A DNA stretch of 64,000 nt from positions 1-64,000 of the IMG/VR virus record IMGVR_UViG_3300017989_000071. One strand, written 5' to 3'. The notes beneath the pieces were generated by a model. That model had not been told where the DNA came from and made no database searches. It saw only the letters and a program-made list of their open reading frames with translations. Shown piece by piece: positions 25,103-33,739 of the stretch; the first letter of the stretch is position 1; the number at the start of each line of letters is the position of its first letter. Position numbers and translations under genes: made by a program. Source of the DNA: a virus.

Positions 25103-25573
25103 CTATCGAAGCCCGTCGAGATTCAGCTGCATGTTCCCGATCAGATAAGCCATCCGCGTATCGCGCAAGCTCCGAGCATACGCGATCACCGCCTTCCGGG
25201 TCTCCGACATCACCCGTGACCGCAGCAAAAGCTCGACGTTACACGGATCGATCCACGGCGTCGCGAAGACGTGCTCCCCCTTCGCCAGATAGCTCTCCTC
25301 CGAGGGGCATCCGACATTGCGGTCCCCCCACCACCGCAGCGTCACGATCCCATCGTCGTCGTACTCCACCCGAGCTGTGATCCGGCACAGCTCCCAAAAC
25401 TCGGCATCCCGCAGATCGTCGCCTCGCATCTTCGCCGCCGTGTCCCACGTCCGGGGTCTCATATTCCCACCGTTGATGCTGTCCATCGTCGTGTCGAGGA
25501 AAACCCGCATCCGCCCCCACCACTCGCTCACCGGCTCAGCGTAAACCCGCCGAATCATCCGCTCACCCTTCAT
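25103..25573 (-). CDS. Hypothetical protein (C-terminus weakly neck-protein-like)
   Basis: Overlap-coupled ORF; ends YARSLRDTRMAYLIGNMQLNLDGLR. Confidence 0.6.
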   Translation of the reverse strand: MKGERMIRRVYAEPVSEWWGRMRVFLDTTMDSINGGNMRPRTWDTAAKMRGDDLRDAEFWELCRITARVEYDDDGIVTLRWWGDRNVGCPSEESYLAKGEHVFATPWIDPCNVELLLRSRVMSETRKAVIAYARSLRDTRMAYLIGNMQLNLDGLR

Positions 25574-25971
25574 CCCTCTTCATCCTCCTTGACAGGAACC
25601 GCCTCAATCGAGAACGATTCGAGCTCCAGATCGGTCACCACCCCGCCCTCGACCGTACCGCTCCCAATGGTATAGCCCCGCGCCCCGAGACGACCCTCCT
25701 GTATCGCGGCGAAGAGCTCCTTCAATTCCCTGCTCTTCGGCGTGTCGGGCAGCAACTCCAGATCGACCTCGATCACCCCCTCCTTGAAATCGGCGCGGGT
25801 AACGAGATGCGTCACGTCCTGAAGATTCCCCAGCATCTCACGATTCCTGATCCGCTCCTGAAACTTCGGGTCGTTGACGGCCTTCTCCAGCACCTCGGGG
25901 GGATACACCCTCCCATTGCGCCTTCCCATCTCATCCGCCGGAATCGTCACCGCGATCTTGCGCTTATCCAC
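25570..25971 (-). CDS. Degenerate T4 gp21-like prohead protease lacking catalytic His and Ser
   Basis: RNGRVYPPEVLEKAVND matches gp21 RNKRLYPKRILEKAVKD; GELNHP becomes GNLQD; VSSRG becomes ARGYT; GTG start at 25971. Confidence 0.75.
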   Translation of the reverse strand: MDKRKIAVTIPADEMGRRNGRVYPPEVLEKAVNDPKFQERIRNREMLGNLQDVTHLVTRADFKEGVIEVDLELLPDTPKSRELKELFAAIQEGRLGARGYTIGSGTVEGGVVTDLELESFSIEAVPVKEDEEG

Positions 25972-26179
25972 CTTCCCGCTCCTGCGCATGAAAATGCTTG
26001 TACTCCTCCCAATCCCGAAAGAGCTGGTTGAACGCCCCCTCGCTGATCTCGTGCCGTTGCCCGTAGATGTGGACATGGAACGCCCGCTCCTCCATCTCCA
26101 AAAACTGAACGTCCTCGATGGCGATATAGAAGCACCCCGGCGTGCGCGGCTTATCGACTCGCAATACACCTATGGCCAT
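25964..26179 (-). CDS. Hypothetical protein, 71 aa
   Basis: GGAGG RBS; overlap-coupled. Confidence 0.6.
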   Translation of the reverse strand: MAIGVLRVDKPRTPGCFYIAIEDVQFLEMEERAFHVHIYGQRHEISEGAFNQLFRDWEEYKHFHAQEREGG

Positions 26180-26529
26180 CACATACCTCCTGTCTTCGCA
26201 TCGAGGGTATCGCAAGCGGTCTCCAGCTCCCGATCCTCGTCGTCTCCGGGTTGCGAAGAGACCCGCATGTTCCACTTCCCAACCGCCGTAACCACCAGCT
26301 CGGACAACACCTGAAGGAGGCGCATCTGGTAATCCGAGGGGTTAGGCAGCGCGGGAGCCACGACCTGCAAATCGCACTTCGGGCACACCACCGAGCCAAC
26401 GAACTCCATCCCCGCTCCATTGCTCCTCCACCCGGAGCGGATTTCGGGTCCCGCGCCGCAGCACGGGCAGGGAGCCGCCGACACCCTCAGCTGGAACTTA
26501 CTGACCGGAAACGTCAAATCTCCTAGCAT
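26179..26529 (-). CDS. Lar-like zinc-ribbon protein
   Basis: APCPCCG...VVCPKC spacing resembles the Lar restriction-alleviation family. Confidence 0.55.
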   Translation of the reverse strand: MLGDLTFPVSKFQLRVSAAPCPCCGAGPEIRSGWRSNGAGMEFVGSVVCPKCDLQVVAPALPNPSDYQMRLLQVLSELVVTAVGKWNMRVSSQPGDDEDRELETACDTLDAKTGGM

Positions 26530-26822
26530 CCCGTTACCTCCTTCGGTTTGGATTCTATTTCGGAAGTCTCGATCACGATGTAATGCACCGTGTCGCCCGA
26601 CCCCACCTCCTCGCCCATCCGATGATGAACGCGAATCCGGGCATCGCACTTCGGGCACTCCCACATCTCGAACAGGTACGCCTGCCTGCTCCGCAACGTT
26701 CCGAGAAACAGCTCCTCGAAGGTCTTCGCAAGCCGACCCGATCCGCACTCCGGGCACATCCCGGTCCGGTTCATCCACCGCTCGTAACGGTCTCGGGCCT
26801 GATCGCCGTCAAGGAGCCGCAT
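26523..26822 (-). CDS. Zinc-ribbon protein (YgiT/MqsA-N-like spacing)
   Basis: MCPECGSG...WECPKC. Confidence 0.55.
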   Translation of the reverse strand: MRLLDGDQARDRYERWMNRTGMCPECGSGRLAKTFEELFLGTLRSRQAYLFEMWECPKCDARIRVHHRMGEEVGSGDTVHYIVIETSEIESKPKEVTGC

Positions 26823-27219
26823 GGGTCTCTGTATCCTCTTCGTCCCCTTCCGGGCCGTAGAACGCATCGTGGACCCGCCGCTTCAGCCGCTCCGCGAGCT
26901 CGTTATCGTTGCAGCGGTTCAGCTCGTCGATCATGTCGATAACCTCGTTGTAGATCATCTCCCGCGCCGTAACGATTCCTTCCACCTCTTCCTCAACCGA
27001 CTTCAACGCCTTCTCCCGATCCGCGATCACCGAGTACAGATGCTTGATCTCCTCGGCCTGTTGATTGACCAAACAGCTCGTCCCCTGCCGCAACTCGCCG
27101 GGAAACCGGTCCCCGCTCCGATGCGTCCCACAGACATAGACTACTCCGTGCTCCCGCTTCGACATCGCACTCGGGTCCAGCGGCGAACCGCAGAGTGGAC
27201 ACGTCGTTCCTTTCATCAT
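26809..27219 (-). CDS. Cys-module plus coiled-coil protein
   Basis: CPLCG...CGT...CL module shared with 35895-36554, followed by a coiled coil. Confidence 0.65.
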   Translation of the reverse strand: MMKGTTCPLCGSPLDPSAMSKREHGVVYVCGTHRSGDRFPGELRQGTSCLVNQQAEEIKHLYSVIADREKALKSVEEEVEGIVTAREMIYNEVIDMIDELNRCNDNELAERLKRRVHDAFYGPEGDEEDTETHAAP

Positions 27220-27419
27220 CCTCGTCTTCCTTCCCCGGTCGGGAACCCGGCCTGTTCCCACAGCTCCTCGACCAGATAATTATCGCCGGTCAGCTGGCCG
27301 ACGGAATACTCGAATCCTTTATCCTCCACCGACAAGACCTGAGCCTGCAACCGCGCCGACTCCAGCGAGGACGCCCACGCCGCGATCTGATCCCCCCGAA
27401 TGACGAAATACCGATTCAC
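27216..27419 (-). CDS. Hypothetical protein, 67 aa
   Basis: GTG start overlapping the upstream stop (GTGA). Confidence 0.55.
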   Translation of the reverse strand: MNRYFVIRGDQIAAWASSLESARLQAQVLSVEDKGFEYSVGQLTGDNYLVEELWEQAGFPTGEGRRG

Positions 27420-28192
27420 TCGGGTTCCCTCCCTCGCACCGTTTCCAATACCAGCCGCTCGGCCCATGACTCGACATCCTTCGGAGCCATCGGCGTAGCC
27501 TGCTTCATCTTCGCCGCCAGATTCACGGCGAGCTCGCGCAACTTCTCCATCCCCGGAGACGGACGAAGCAGCATTTTTCCCCCCGCATGGTAAGCAGGAG
27601 TAAACTCGTTCGTCCGCCCACACAACGGACACTCGCTGTGAACAGTCATCAGCTCCGAGCGCGGCCCAAGGTCTTCGGCGACCAACGGGAACCCACATTC
27701 CCAGCACGAAAAATGATGAACCCGTAGCACCCGATCCGCAACCAACTGCATCGTCCTCATTCGAGGTTGAAACTGGTCGGTAAGACCGCATGGAAACGCA
27801 CCGAGAAACAGGTAACCCCGCAACACCTCGGAACCGAGAACGAGCACGTTCCGCTTGTAGCTCGCCGCCGTGCCGGTCACCTGATCGAACCAGAAACCCA
27901 GCCACTCGGCAACCTGAGTGTCGTCGCACGGAACCGAGAAATCCAACCGGGCCGCCTCGCGATCCTCCCAAACCGGGAACCCGTTAGGATCGGGAACCAG
28001 CACTTTCACATACTTCGGGGGAATACCGAGCAAACGGCGAAACACCCCTCTCGGAGAGGGCTGCATCTCGTACCGAAACCGCTCCCCGTAATGATTCGGC
28101 AGACGATACCCGCCGCGCTGGACGAGAAACCTCCCCAACGCCCTCGGCGTATCGCCGTAGACCACAACCTCGCACAACCTGTCCTCGCTCAT
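27416..28192 (-). CDS. Protein with tail-tube (gp19-like) segment and C-terminal Zn ribbon
   Basis: QVAEW...QVTG...YKRNV...FLGAFP...QLVADR echoes the gp19 tube C-terminal half; CWEC/CPLC follows. Confidence 0.5.
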   Translation of the reverse strand: MSEDRLCEVVVYGDTPRALGRFLVQRGGYRLPNHYGERFRYEMQPSPRGVFRRLLGIPPKYVKVLVPDPNGFPVWEDREAARLDFSVPCDDTQVAEWLGFWFDQVTGTAASYKRNVLVLGSEVLRGYLFLGAFPCGLTDQFQPRMRTMQLVADRVLRVHHFSCWECGFPLVAEDLGPRSELMTVHSECPLCGRTNEFTPAYHAGGKMLLRPSPGMEKLRELAVNLAAKMKQATPMAPKDVESWAERLVLETVRGREPE

Positions 28193-28620
28193 TGCAACTC
28201 CTCCTGCGCTGGCGCAGATTTACCGTTTTCGTTCTTACCGTTCCTCTTCCCGTGCCCCCGCCTCTTCCACAACCCCTCGGCCATCGCGTGAAGCAGGTTA
28301 CCGTTCCCCTTCAGCCATTCGAGGTTCGAGAGGCGAGTGTTGTCCTTGTTCCCGTCCTTGTGGTTGACGACGATATACTGATCGGGGTGATCGAGCTCCG
28401 GGGCGGGAAGGAACGTCTCGGCAACCAGCACATGACATCCCACCTTGCGCTCCCTCCCGCTGTCCCGGAGTGTCCAGTAGGGGTATCCGTTCCCCGACTT
28501 CCATCGTTTGAGCTCCTTGATCTTCCCGTTCTTGTACTGCTTCCACAGATGCCCGTGATCGCTCACGTAGTACCTCGGCCAGTCCTTCACCGACCGGAAG
28601 GTCACCGTCAGATCACTCAT
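28189..28620 (-). CDS. NUMOD4-HNH homing endonuclease (free-standing)
   Basis: YYVSDHG, GYPYWTL, HVLVAETF and VNHKDGNKDNTRLSNLEW. Confidence 0.9.
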   Translation of the reverse strand: MSDLTVTFRSVKDWPRYYVSDHGHLWKQYKNGKIKELKRWKSGNGYPYWTLRDSGRERKVGCHVLVAETFLPAPELDHPDQYIVVNHKDGNKDNTRLSNLEWLKGNGNLLHAMAEGLWKRRGHGKRNGKNENGKSAPAQEELQ

Positions 28621-28864
28621 CGTTCACCATCCTGAGCAACACATCCCCATGACAGGGCTTCGGAGCGCACCAGCAACCCAACACCTTCCCCCGCAACTCC
28701 GAGAGCGAAGCCATCAACTCGGGCTGGGTCTTGACCCACTCTTCATACTTCTCGATCACCTCCCGGCGGGTACCGTCCTTGCCAATCTCGAAGGGATTCC
28801 CCCACTTCGAGGAGCGACCAATGTAAACGTCGTAATCGTCTCGTTTGCAATGAACAACGCGCAT
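28613..28864 (-). CDS. DUF4326 family protein
   Basis: VYIGR-x-SKWGNPF, LRGKVLGCWCAPKPCHGDVL. Confidence 0.9.
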   Translation of the reverse strand: MRVVHCKRDDYDVYIGRSSKWGNPFEIGKDGTRREVIEKYEEWVKTQPELMASLSELRGKVLGCWCAPKPCHGDVLLRMVNDE

Positions 28865-28869
28865 CCCGA

Positions 28870-29139
28870 TCACCCCTTCAAAAACCACCAGAACCGTTGT
28901 CTCGCCTCAGCAACGTGGGCCTTCCACCGCGCAATCACATCCGCGTTCTCCCCATCGCACTTCTCGCAAACCGTCACGTTTACCGTATCACCACTGTACA
29001 CCCACCTCCATTGATCCCCCGGCTGAAAACGATGTCCGCACAGCATACAGCGAAACCGCTCCCCGTTCGGAGCACCACCCCACGAGAGGGTACATTCCTC
29101 GGCAGTCGCAATCCGTGGCTTCTGATCGGTGAAACTCAT
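28870..29139 (-). CDS. Small zinc-binding protein
   Basis: FRCMLCG...VCEKC. Confidence 0.65.
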   Translation of the reverse strand: MSFTDQKPRIATAEECTLSWGGAPNGERFRCMLCGHRFQPGDQWRWVYSGDTVNVTVCEKCDGENADVIARWKAHVAEARQRFWWFLKG

Positions 29140-29462
29140 AATGGCTCCCTCGACGGATTGACCAACGACTCCGACCCGTCCAACTCCCGCGCCCGCCCGT
29201 TCTTAATCGCCGTCAATGCCGCCTCGGCGACCTTCGACCTGTCCTCAAGGATTTCGCCGTTCTCTCCTCCCCCGCAGCATTTGAATACCTGAACCAGCAC
29301 CACCTCCTCGGGCAACCCGGCAGGGAGATCGTCGCCCTTGAACTCCTCCTCCATATCCGAGCAATCACCGTACCCCTCATGCCAATCGTCGTGGCAGCTG
29401 GAGCAACACCTCCAGCCCCACTTCTCGAAATCACTGCAATAGAGGCGGACATACTTGCTCAA
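29136..29462 (-). CDS. Cys-containing hypothetical protein
   Basis: TTG start overlapping the upstream TGA; CCSSCH...KCC. Confidence 0.55.
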   Translation of the reverse strand: MSKYVRLYCSDFEKWGWRCCSSCHDDWHEGYGDCSDMEEEFKGDDLPAGLPEEVVLVQVFKCCGGGENGEILEDRSKVAEAALTAIKNGRARELDGSESLVNPSREPL

Positions 29463-29728
29463 GTTATATCCTCCGGGCCGTCGCGTTTGGCTTCCTTCTC
29501 CCACACCATCAGGAGGAACGCACCCATCCGGCGAACCTCTTCGAGGGTCTGAACCTCCAATGCCAACGACTCCCCCTGAAAGAAGGCGAAGTGATCCCCT
29601 GCCGGATTGCACTCTGCCGACAGGGAATCGTCCTTGGTCTTGTAGAACATCGCCATCGGAGCCTCTTCGATCTCCTCACGCTCGAAGGAAATCGGCTCCG
29701 GTTCGGGTGTCTTCTTCTTCGCCGTCAT
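29459..29728 (-). CDS. Hypothetical protein
   Basis: Packed ORF with phage-like codon pattern. Confidence 0.65.
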   Translation of the reverse strand: MTAKKKTPEPEPISFEREEIEEAPMAMFYKTKDDSLSAECNPAGDHFAFFQGESLALEVQTLEEVRRMGAFLLMVWEKEAKRDGPEDIT

Positions 29729-29732
29729 CGGA

Positions 29733-30116
29733 CTACTCGTCGTCCTTACACGCCGCCATGTTCCGCTCGACCGCCGAAATCGCCGCGACGCCGATGCGGG
29801 TCTGCGCCTCTTCCCGCGCCAACTGCCCTTCGAGGGCGGCGCGGGCGATCAGGACCACGTAGTTATCGGTGGACACCTCGGCCAGCGAACGGAGATCGTC
29901 TTCCGACCACAGCCGGAAAGGCACGTGCTCCACGGCCCACCCCACCGCGTTCCGCCGTTCCTCGAAGAGAGCCTTCAGGGAAACGAACCGGTGGATCGTC
30001 GCCACCTCCGAGCACCCCCGAGACGCCCCGCACTCGGAAGCGATCTTCTTGATGCGGCGGTGCCACTCCATATCATCGGCGTGAAACGCCCAATCGTGAT
30101 TCTGCTCTTCGTTCAT
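29733..30116 (-). CDS. Hypothetical helical protein
   Basis: AAGGAG RBS. Confidence 0.65.
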   Translation of the reverse strand: MNEEQNHDWAFHADDMEWHRRIKKIASECGASRGCSEVATIHRFVSLKALFEERRNAVGWAVEHVPFRLWSEDDLRSLAEVSTDNYVVLIARAALEGQLAREEAQTRIGVAAISAVERNMAACKDDE

Positions 30117-30119
30117 TCG

Positions 30120-31343
30120 TTACTCCTTTTCATAATCCAGATTCGTAACCGTAATCGGAAACGGCCCCTCGACAACCGAAGGCCGTGGCCGACGATCCAG
30201 CCTCGTAACTTTTCGATTCCGCTTCCCGTAAACAAACTCGGTGAAATAGATACTACCGGGAACGATCTGCCTCATCGGTTGAACACTGACCAGCTCCCGC
30301 GCACGTAGATCAGGTAACGCCGCCCGAACCAGTGAAAACGCCAAACGGCGAAACGTACCCCGGTCAAAAACCGGAGAATCGAGACTCGTTACCGGCGACA
30401 CCCTGATCCCCACCTCCTCGTAGAACTCCGCATTCTGAGGGGTGATCGAGAAGTCCATCGAAATCGACTCCGGCACGATCCTCGGCGCGACATCCACCTT
30501 GATCCGCTTCGGATAATTCTCGATGTCCACCTCACGGACATGCACACCGGGGCGAGACGGCCTCGGCGACCCCGAAAACACGTTGTCGTAAAACGCCTGC
30601 AACCGCGCCCGCGCCGTCTCGTTATCCGTTTCGTCGAAAATCAAATGATCGTTGGCATTCTTCACCACACCTTTAGCATGATGAAGTAACCGGCGGACGT
30701 TCACTCGATCAAGGGTCGTCACGGGGCTAGAATCAAACCGCGTAACAGGCCGCACAATCCGGTCTCTCCGAACACCCAGCTGCGGAATGTCCGCCTCGTC
30801 CAGTATCGCCGACGACGCCTGAAAGAAACGCGGCTCGACCGTCTTCACCCCATACCACTCGGCGAACGACCACATCTTCCGCGCCTGACGCTGAGCACCC
30901 GGCGACAGGCCGCTCCGCTGATCCAGACACGTCGGAAACCCCCGGCGGTGGGGACGCCCCGGAACGCCGAACTCCTCGATGAGCTCCCGCTCGCTTCCGA
31001 TGAACTTCGGGGGTCGGAACACCGGCACGTAAGGGGCCACGAAGTACCCCGGATCGCGAGAAGCCTCTTTCCGAAAGTCAAACTTCGTAACCGGTCGGCA
31101 CTGAATCCCCAGCCGCAAGCTCTCGGACAGCGCAGCGGGAAGACCATCAAAACTCGCCTCGATGTCCTCAGCCGACTCTACGGTCCACTCCGCTCGCAGT
31201 CGATTCTTGTGAATCTGCGACTGGATCGCCCGAGAAATTCCGATGCCCTTGTAGACCGGCTCCGACCGAACCTCGATCAGCTCCGTCGCATCGCCGGAGA
31301 TATTGACCTCGCCGGTATCGAGGTTGACGTAGGCTTCGCTCAC
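30120..31343 (-). CDS. Chimeric protein built from major-capsid (gp23-like) and tail-sheath (gp18-like) fragments
   Basis: RLRAEWTVESAEDI, GYFVAPYVP and LVRAALPDLRARELVSVQPM...GSIYF (MCP motifs) flank LDRVNVRRL...IFDETD...PESISMDFSIT (sheath C-terminus). Confidence 0.75.
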   Translation of the reverse strand: MSEAYVNLDTGEVNISGDATELIEVRSEPVYKGIGISRAIQSQIHKNRLRAEWTVESAEDIEASFDGLPAALSESLRLGIQCRPVTKFDFRKEASRDPGYFVAPYVPVFRPPKFIGSERELIEEFGVPGRPHRRGFPTCLDQRSGLSPGAQRQARKMWSFAEWYGVKTVEPRFFQASSAILDEADIPQLGVRRDRIVRPVTRFDSSPVTTLDRVNVRRLLHHAKGVVKNANDHLIFDETDNETARARLQAFYDNVFSGSPRPSRPGVHVREVDIENYPKRIKVDVAPRIVPESISMDFSITPQNAEFYEEVGIRVSPVTSLDSPVFDRGTFRRLAFSLVRAALPDLRARELVSVQPMRQIVPGSIYFTEFVYGKRNRKVTRLDRRPRPSVVEGPFPITVTNLDYEKE

Positions 31344-31681
31344 CACACCCTCCTTCGCTTTTCGACATAATCGCCGTCGCATAAACGAAATTCTTTATTC
31401 CATTTCCAGCCGCGACGCTGTTTACCGATCCGAAAAAATCGAATACGACCGAGCACTTCGCCATCTTCCCAATAATCGGTAGCCAAGTAATACCCGATCT
31501 TCGATAGCCACGGATTCACCATAAGCTTGATGAGCGAACGATGCGCGACGATCTTGCCCGTCCGGTCCCGAACCACCCCGAGCGTATGCACATGGGACCA
31601 CCCGCCTGTATAGCGATACATCGCCACCGCGACAACGGCGAAGAACCCCAACGCCGCAATATCACGCCAACTACTCGCCAT
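31340..31681 (-). CDS. Membrane-anchored hypothetical protein
   Basis: N-terminal TM IAALGFFAVVAVAMY; GGAGGA RBS. Confidence 0.6.
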   Translation of the reverse strand: MASSWRDIAALGFFAVVAVAMYRYTGGWSHVHTLGVVRDRTGKIVAHRSLIKLMVNPWLSKIGYYLATDYWEDGEVLGRIRFFRIGKQRRGWKWNKEFRLCDGDYVEKRRRVW

Positions 31682-31779
31682 CGTTCTTCCTCCTATCCTT
31701 CTTCGGCTTCTTGCACTTACCGGCGGTCTCCGCACCCTGCATCTGAGAGACGCCGCGAACGGTAAATATCGGAAGCGGC

Positions 31780-32004
31780 CTATACACCGCCCGCACGTCC
31801 TTCTTCCTTCCCATCAGACTCTCCTTTTAATTTTCGGTCGATCTTCCACTTGATCGGCAGGGTAGCCAGCCAAACCGCCTTGTACCAGAGCCAGCGACCG
31901 ACCCACGCCGTGCGAGCCATCCCGTAGCGATCCTCGATGTGGAGCATCTTCCGGTTCCACCACACCTGAAACAGCATAAATGCTGTATTAAACTTTTTCC
32001 TCAT
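31780..32004 (-). CDS. Small Trp-rich protein
   Basis: Overlap-coupled ORF. Confidence 0.55.
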   Translation of the reverse strand: MRKKFNTAFMLFQVWWNRKMLHIEDRYGMARTAWVGRWLWYKAVWLATLPIKWKIDRKLKGESDGKEEGRAGGV

Positions 32005-32578
32005 CTTCCTGCTCCAGCCCCGCCTTGCGCTTCATCCGTCCAAGCTGAGCATTAAGCACAGCCCCCGAGCTTCGGATCGACTCAATCGTTGGGGACGGCG
32101 GACCGCCACTCTTCGCCAGCTTCGCCATCGCCACAGCCCACGCCTCGTGCAGCTCGGGGGAGACCCCGAAGCGACCCGAGGCGATCCGAATGATGAAAAA
32201 GTGCGCGAGCTCGTGGTACACGTAATCGTCCGACAGGTCGCAGAGATAGATTCTGATCGGCCCATCGCTGCTCGGGACCGTCATGCCGTACATGTCGTAG
32301 TGCCCGAGCGGGTTACCGAAATTCAGATTCAGCCAACCCCGACCGACGAGGTTGATCTCGACCCCTTCGTACTTGACCATCGTATGACCGTAGGCTGCCA
32401 TCCGGGTTGCGTGGATGAACCGCTCGAAGAGGATGTCGAGACGTTTGATGTACTTCTCCTTCATCCCCTGCGGGTACTTCACGGTGAAATAACGGGTCTT
32501 CATCGTCTCGGTCACCTCGCCGTTCGGAACCGCCCGCTCGATGCCGAAGACCTCCTTGAACCATTCCCAAACCCTCAT
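31988..32578 (-). CDS. Zincin-like metallopeptidase
   Basis: YVYHELAHFF plus downstream HEAWA. Confidence 0.65.
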   Translation of the reverse strand: MRVWEWFKEVFGIERAVPNGEVTETMKTRYFTVKYPQGMKEKYIKRLDILFERFIHATRMAAYGHTMVKYEGVEINLVGRGWLNLNFGNPLGHYDMYGMTVPSSDGPIRIYLCDLSDDYVYHELAHFFIIRIASGRFGVSPELHEAWAVAMAKLAKSGGPPSPTIESIRSSGAVLNAQLGRMKRKAGLEQEDEEKV

Positions 32579-32976
32579 CGCTTCGTCTCCCGGTCCACCT
32601 CGGAAAAGAACAGCCGCAGCAGCTCGGTCACCGCATCCTCTCCGAACTCCCACATCTGCGCCTCGGCCTCGCGGCTCCAATTCGCCCGCAGTCCCCGGCC
32701 CTGCATCTGACCCAACAGCGCATCCACCTTATCGTTTTTCTTCCCCATCACCGCTGACGAGAACTCGGCCTTCCACACCCCGATGTCGAACGCCTCGACA
32801 TTCACCGCCGGATTCGGCTCCGGAGCCGTCTCCCCGGCGACACGTTCCAACCCCGCGATGTTCACCGCCGGGATCGAACCGCACTTCGGGCACAGCAGCG
32901 TCCCGACATCATCGCCACATCCGGCGCAGGACACAACCCGCGCCACCGTACCGCACTGCGGACACTTAGCGTGCAT
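32575..32976 (-). CDS. Zinc-ribbon protein
   Basis: CPQC, CAGC and CPKC. Confidence 0.65.
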   Translation of the reverse strand: MHAKCPQCGTVARVVSCAGCGDDVGTLLCPKCGSIPAVNIAGLERVAGETAPEPNPAVNVEAFDIGVWKAEFSSAVMGKKNDKVDALLGQMQGRGLRANWSREAEAQMWEFGEDAVTELLRLFFSEVDRETKR

Positions 32977-33739
32977 GATAAGCTCCTATAATCGACTCGA
33001 TAGCCTGCATCTGATCCGCCGTCGGCATCGCAGTCTTCGGCCACGTGAATAACTTCGGGGGATGCCCCTCGTAAGGCAACCCAACCGGAACGACCATCTG
33101 ATCGGCCTTCGCCGCATGGTACAGGCGACGAAGGTTCTCGCGCAGCGCGGTCTCCAAACAATCCGCATCCCATGTGAAATTCTGGACCGCAGTAGAAAAC
33201 GAAATCGAGACCACCACACGTACCTTGCCACACAGGTCCGAAATCAGAATTTGTAAAGGGCGAAACCACATAATCGCATCCAAGAGCTGTTGGGGAGAAA
33301 CCTTGCCCTGCTCCTCCAATTCCCCTATAGACTTTTTGACCCAACTATCGAGATGTTTGAGGTAGTCGCGGGTATCGGATGGAGTGAAGACCGGGGCGTA
33401 ATCCACACACACCAGTCGGTTACCGATGTACCCGTAGTTATCCGGATTCTCGTCCTGCGCTACCGGAACGTCGGCGAAGAACTCCCGAACCCCGATCTCC
33501 TCCACCTCGGACTCGGAATGGAGAACACGATCCACCCTCCGCATCACGAGAAAAAGACCAAGAGGAGCGCAGAACAAAACCGGGCACAGCCTCTCGTCAA
33601 AGCCCGACCACAGCCGTTCGTCCATGTTCGCAACCATCCCGAGGCAGAAGCGTCTCCAGCCATGACCGAGATGGGGAAGCTTAATTGCCCATCGGCCAAC
33701 AAGGATTACAACCCTCGATGCACCGCTCGTAATCTTCAT
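32966..33739 (-). CDS. Minimal protein-kinase-like fold protein
   Basis: GASRVVILVGRWAIKLP (beta-3 Lys), DENPDNYG (catalytic loop) and LVCVDY (DFG-equivalent). Confidence 0.6.
   Translation of the reverse strand: MKITSGASRVVILVGRWAIKLPHLGHGWRRFCLGMVANMDERLWSGFDERLCPVLFCAPLGLFLVMRRVDRVLHSESEVEEIGVREFFADVPVAQDENPDNYGYIGNRLVCVDYAPVFTPSDTRDYLKHLDSWVKKSIGELEEQGKVSPQQLLDAIMWFRPLQILISDLCGKVRVVVSISFSTAVQNFTWDADCLETALRENLRRLYHAAKADQMVVPVGLPYEGHPPKLFTWPKTAMPTADQMQAIESIIGAYHAR

Noticed and set aside
28189-28620. HNH gene inside a self-splicing intron
   Set aside because: Both neighbours are separate complete ORFs joined by ATGA-type overlaps, leaving no room for intron core elements.
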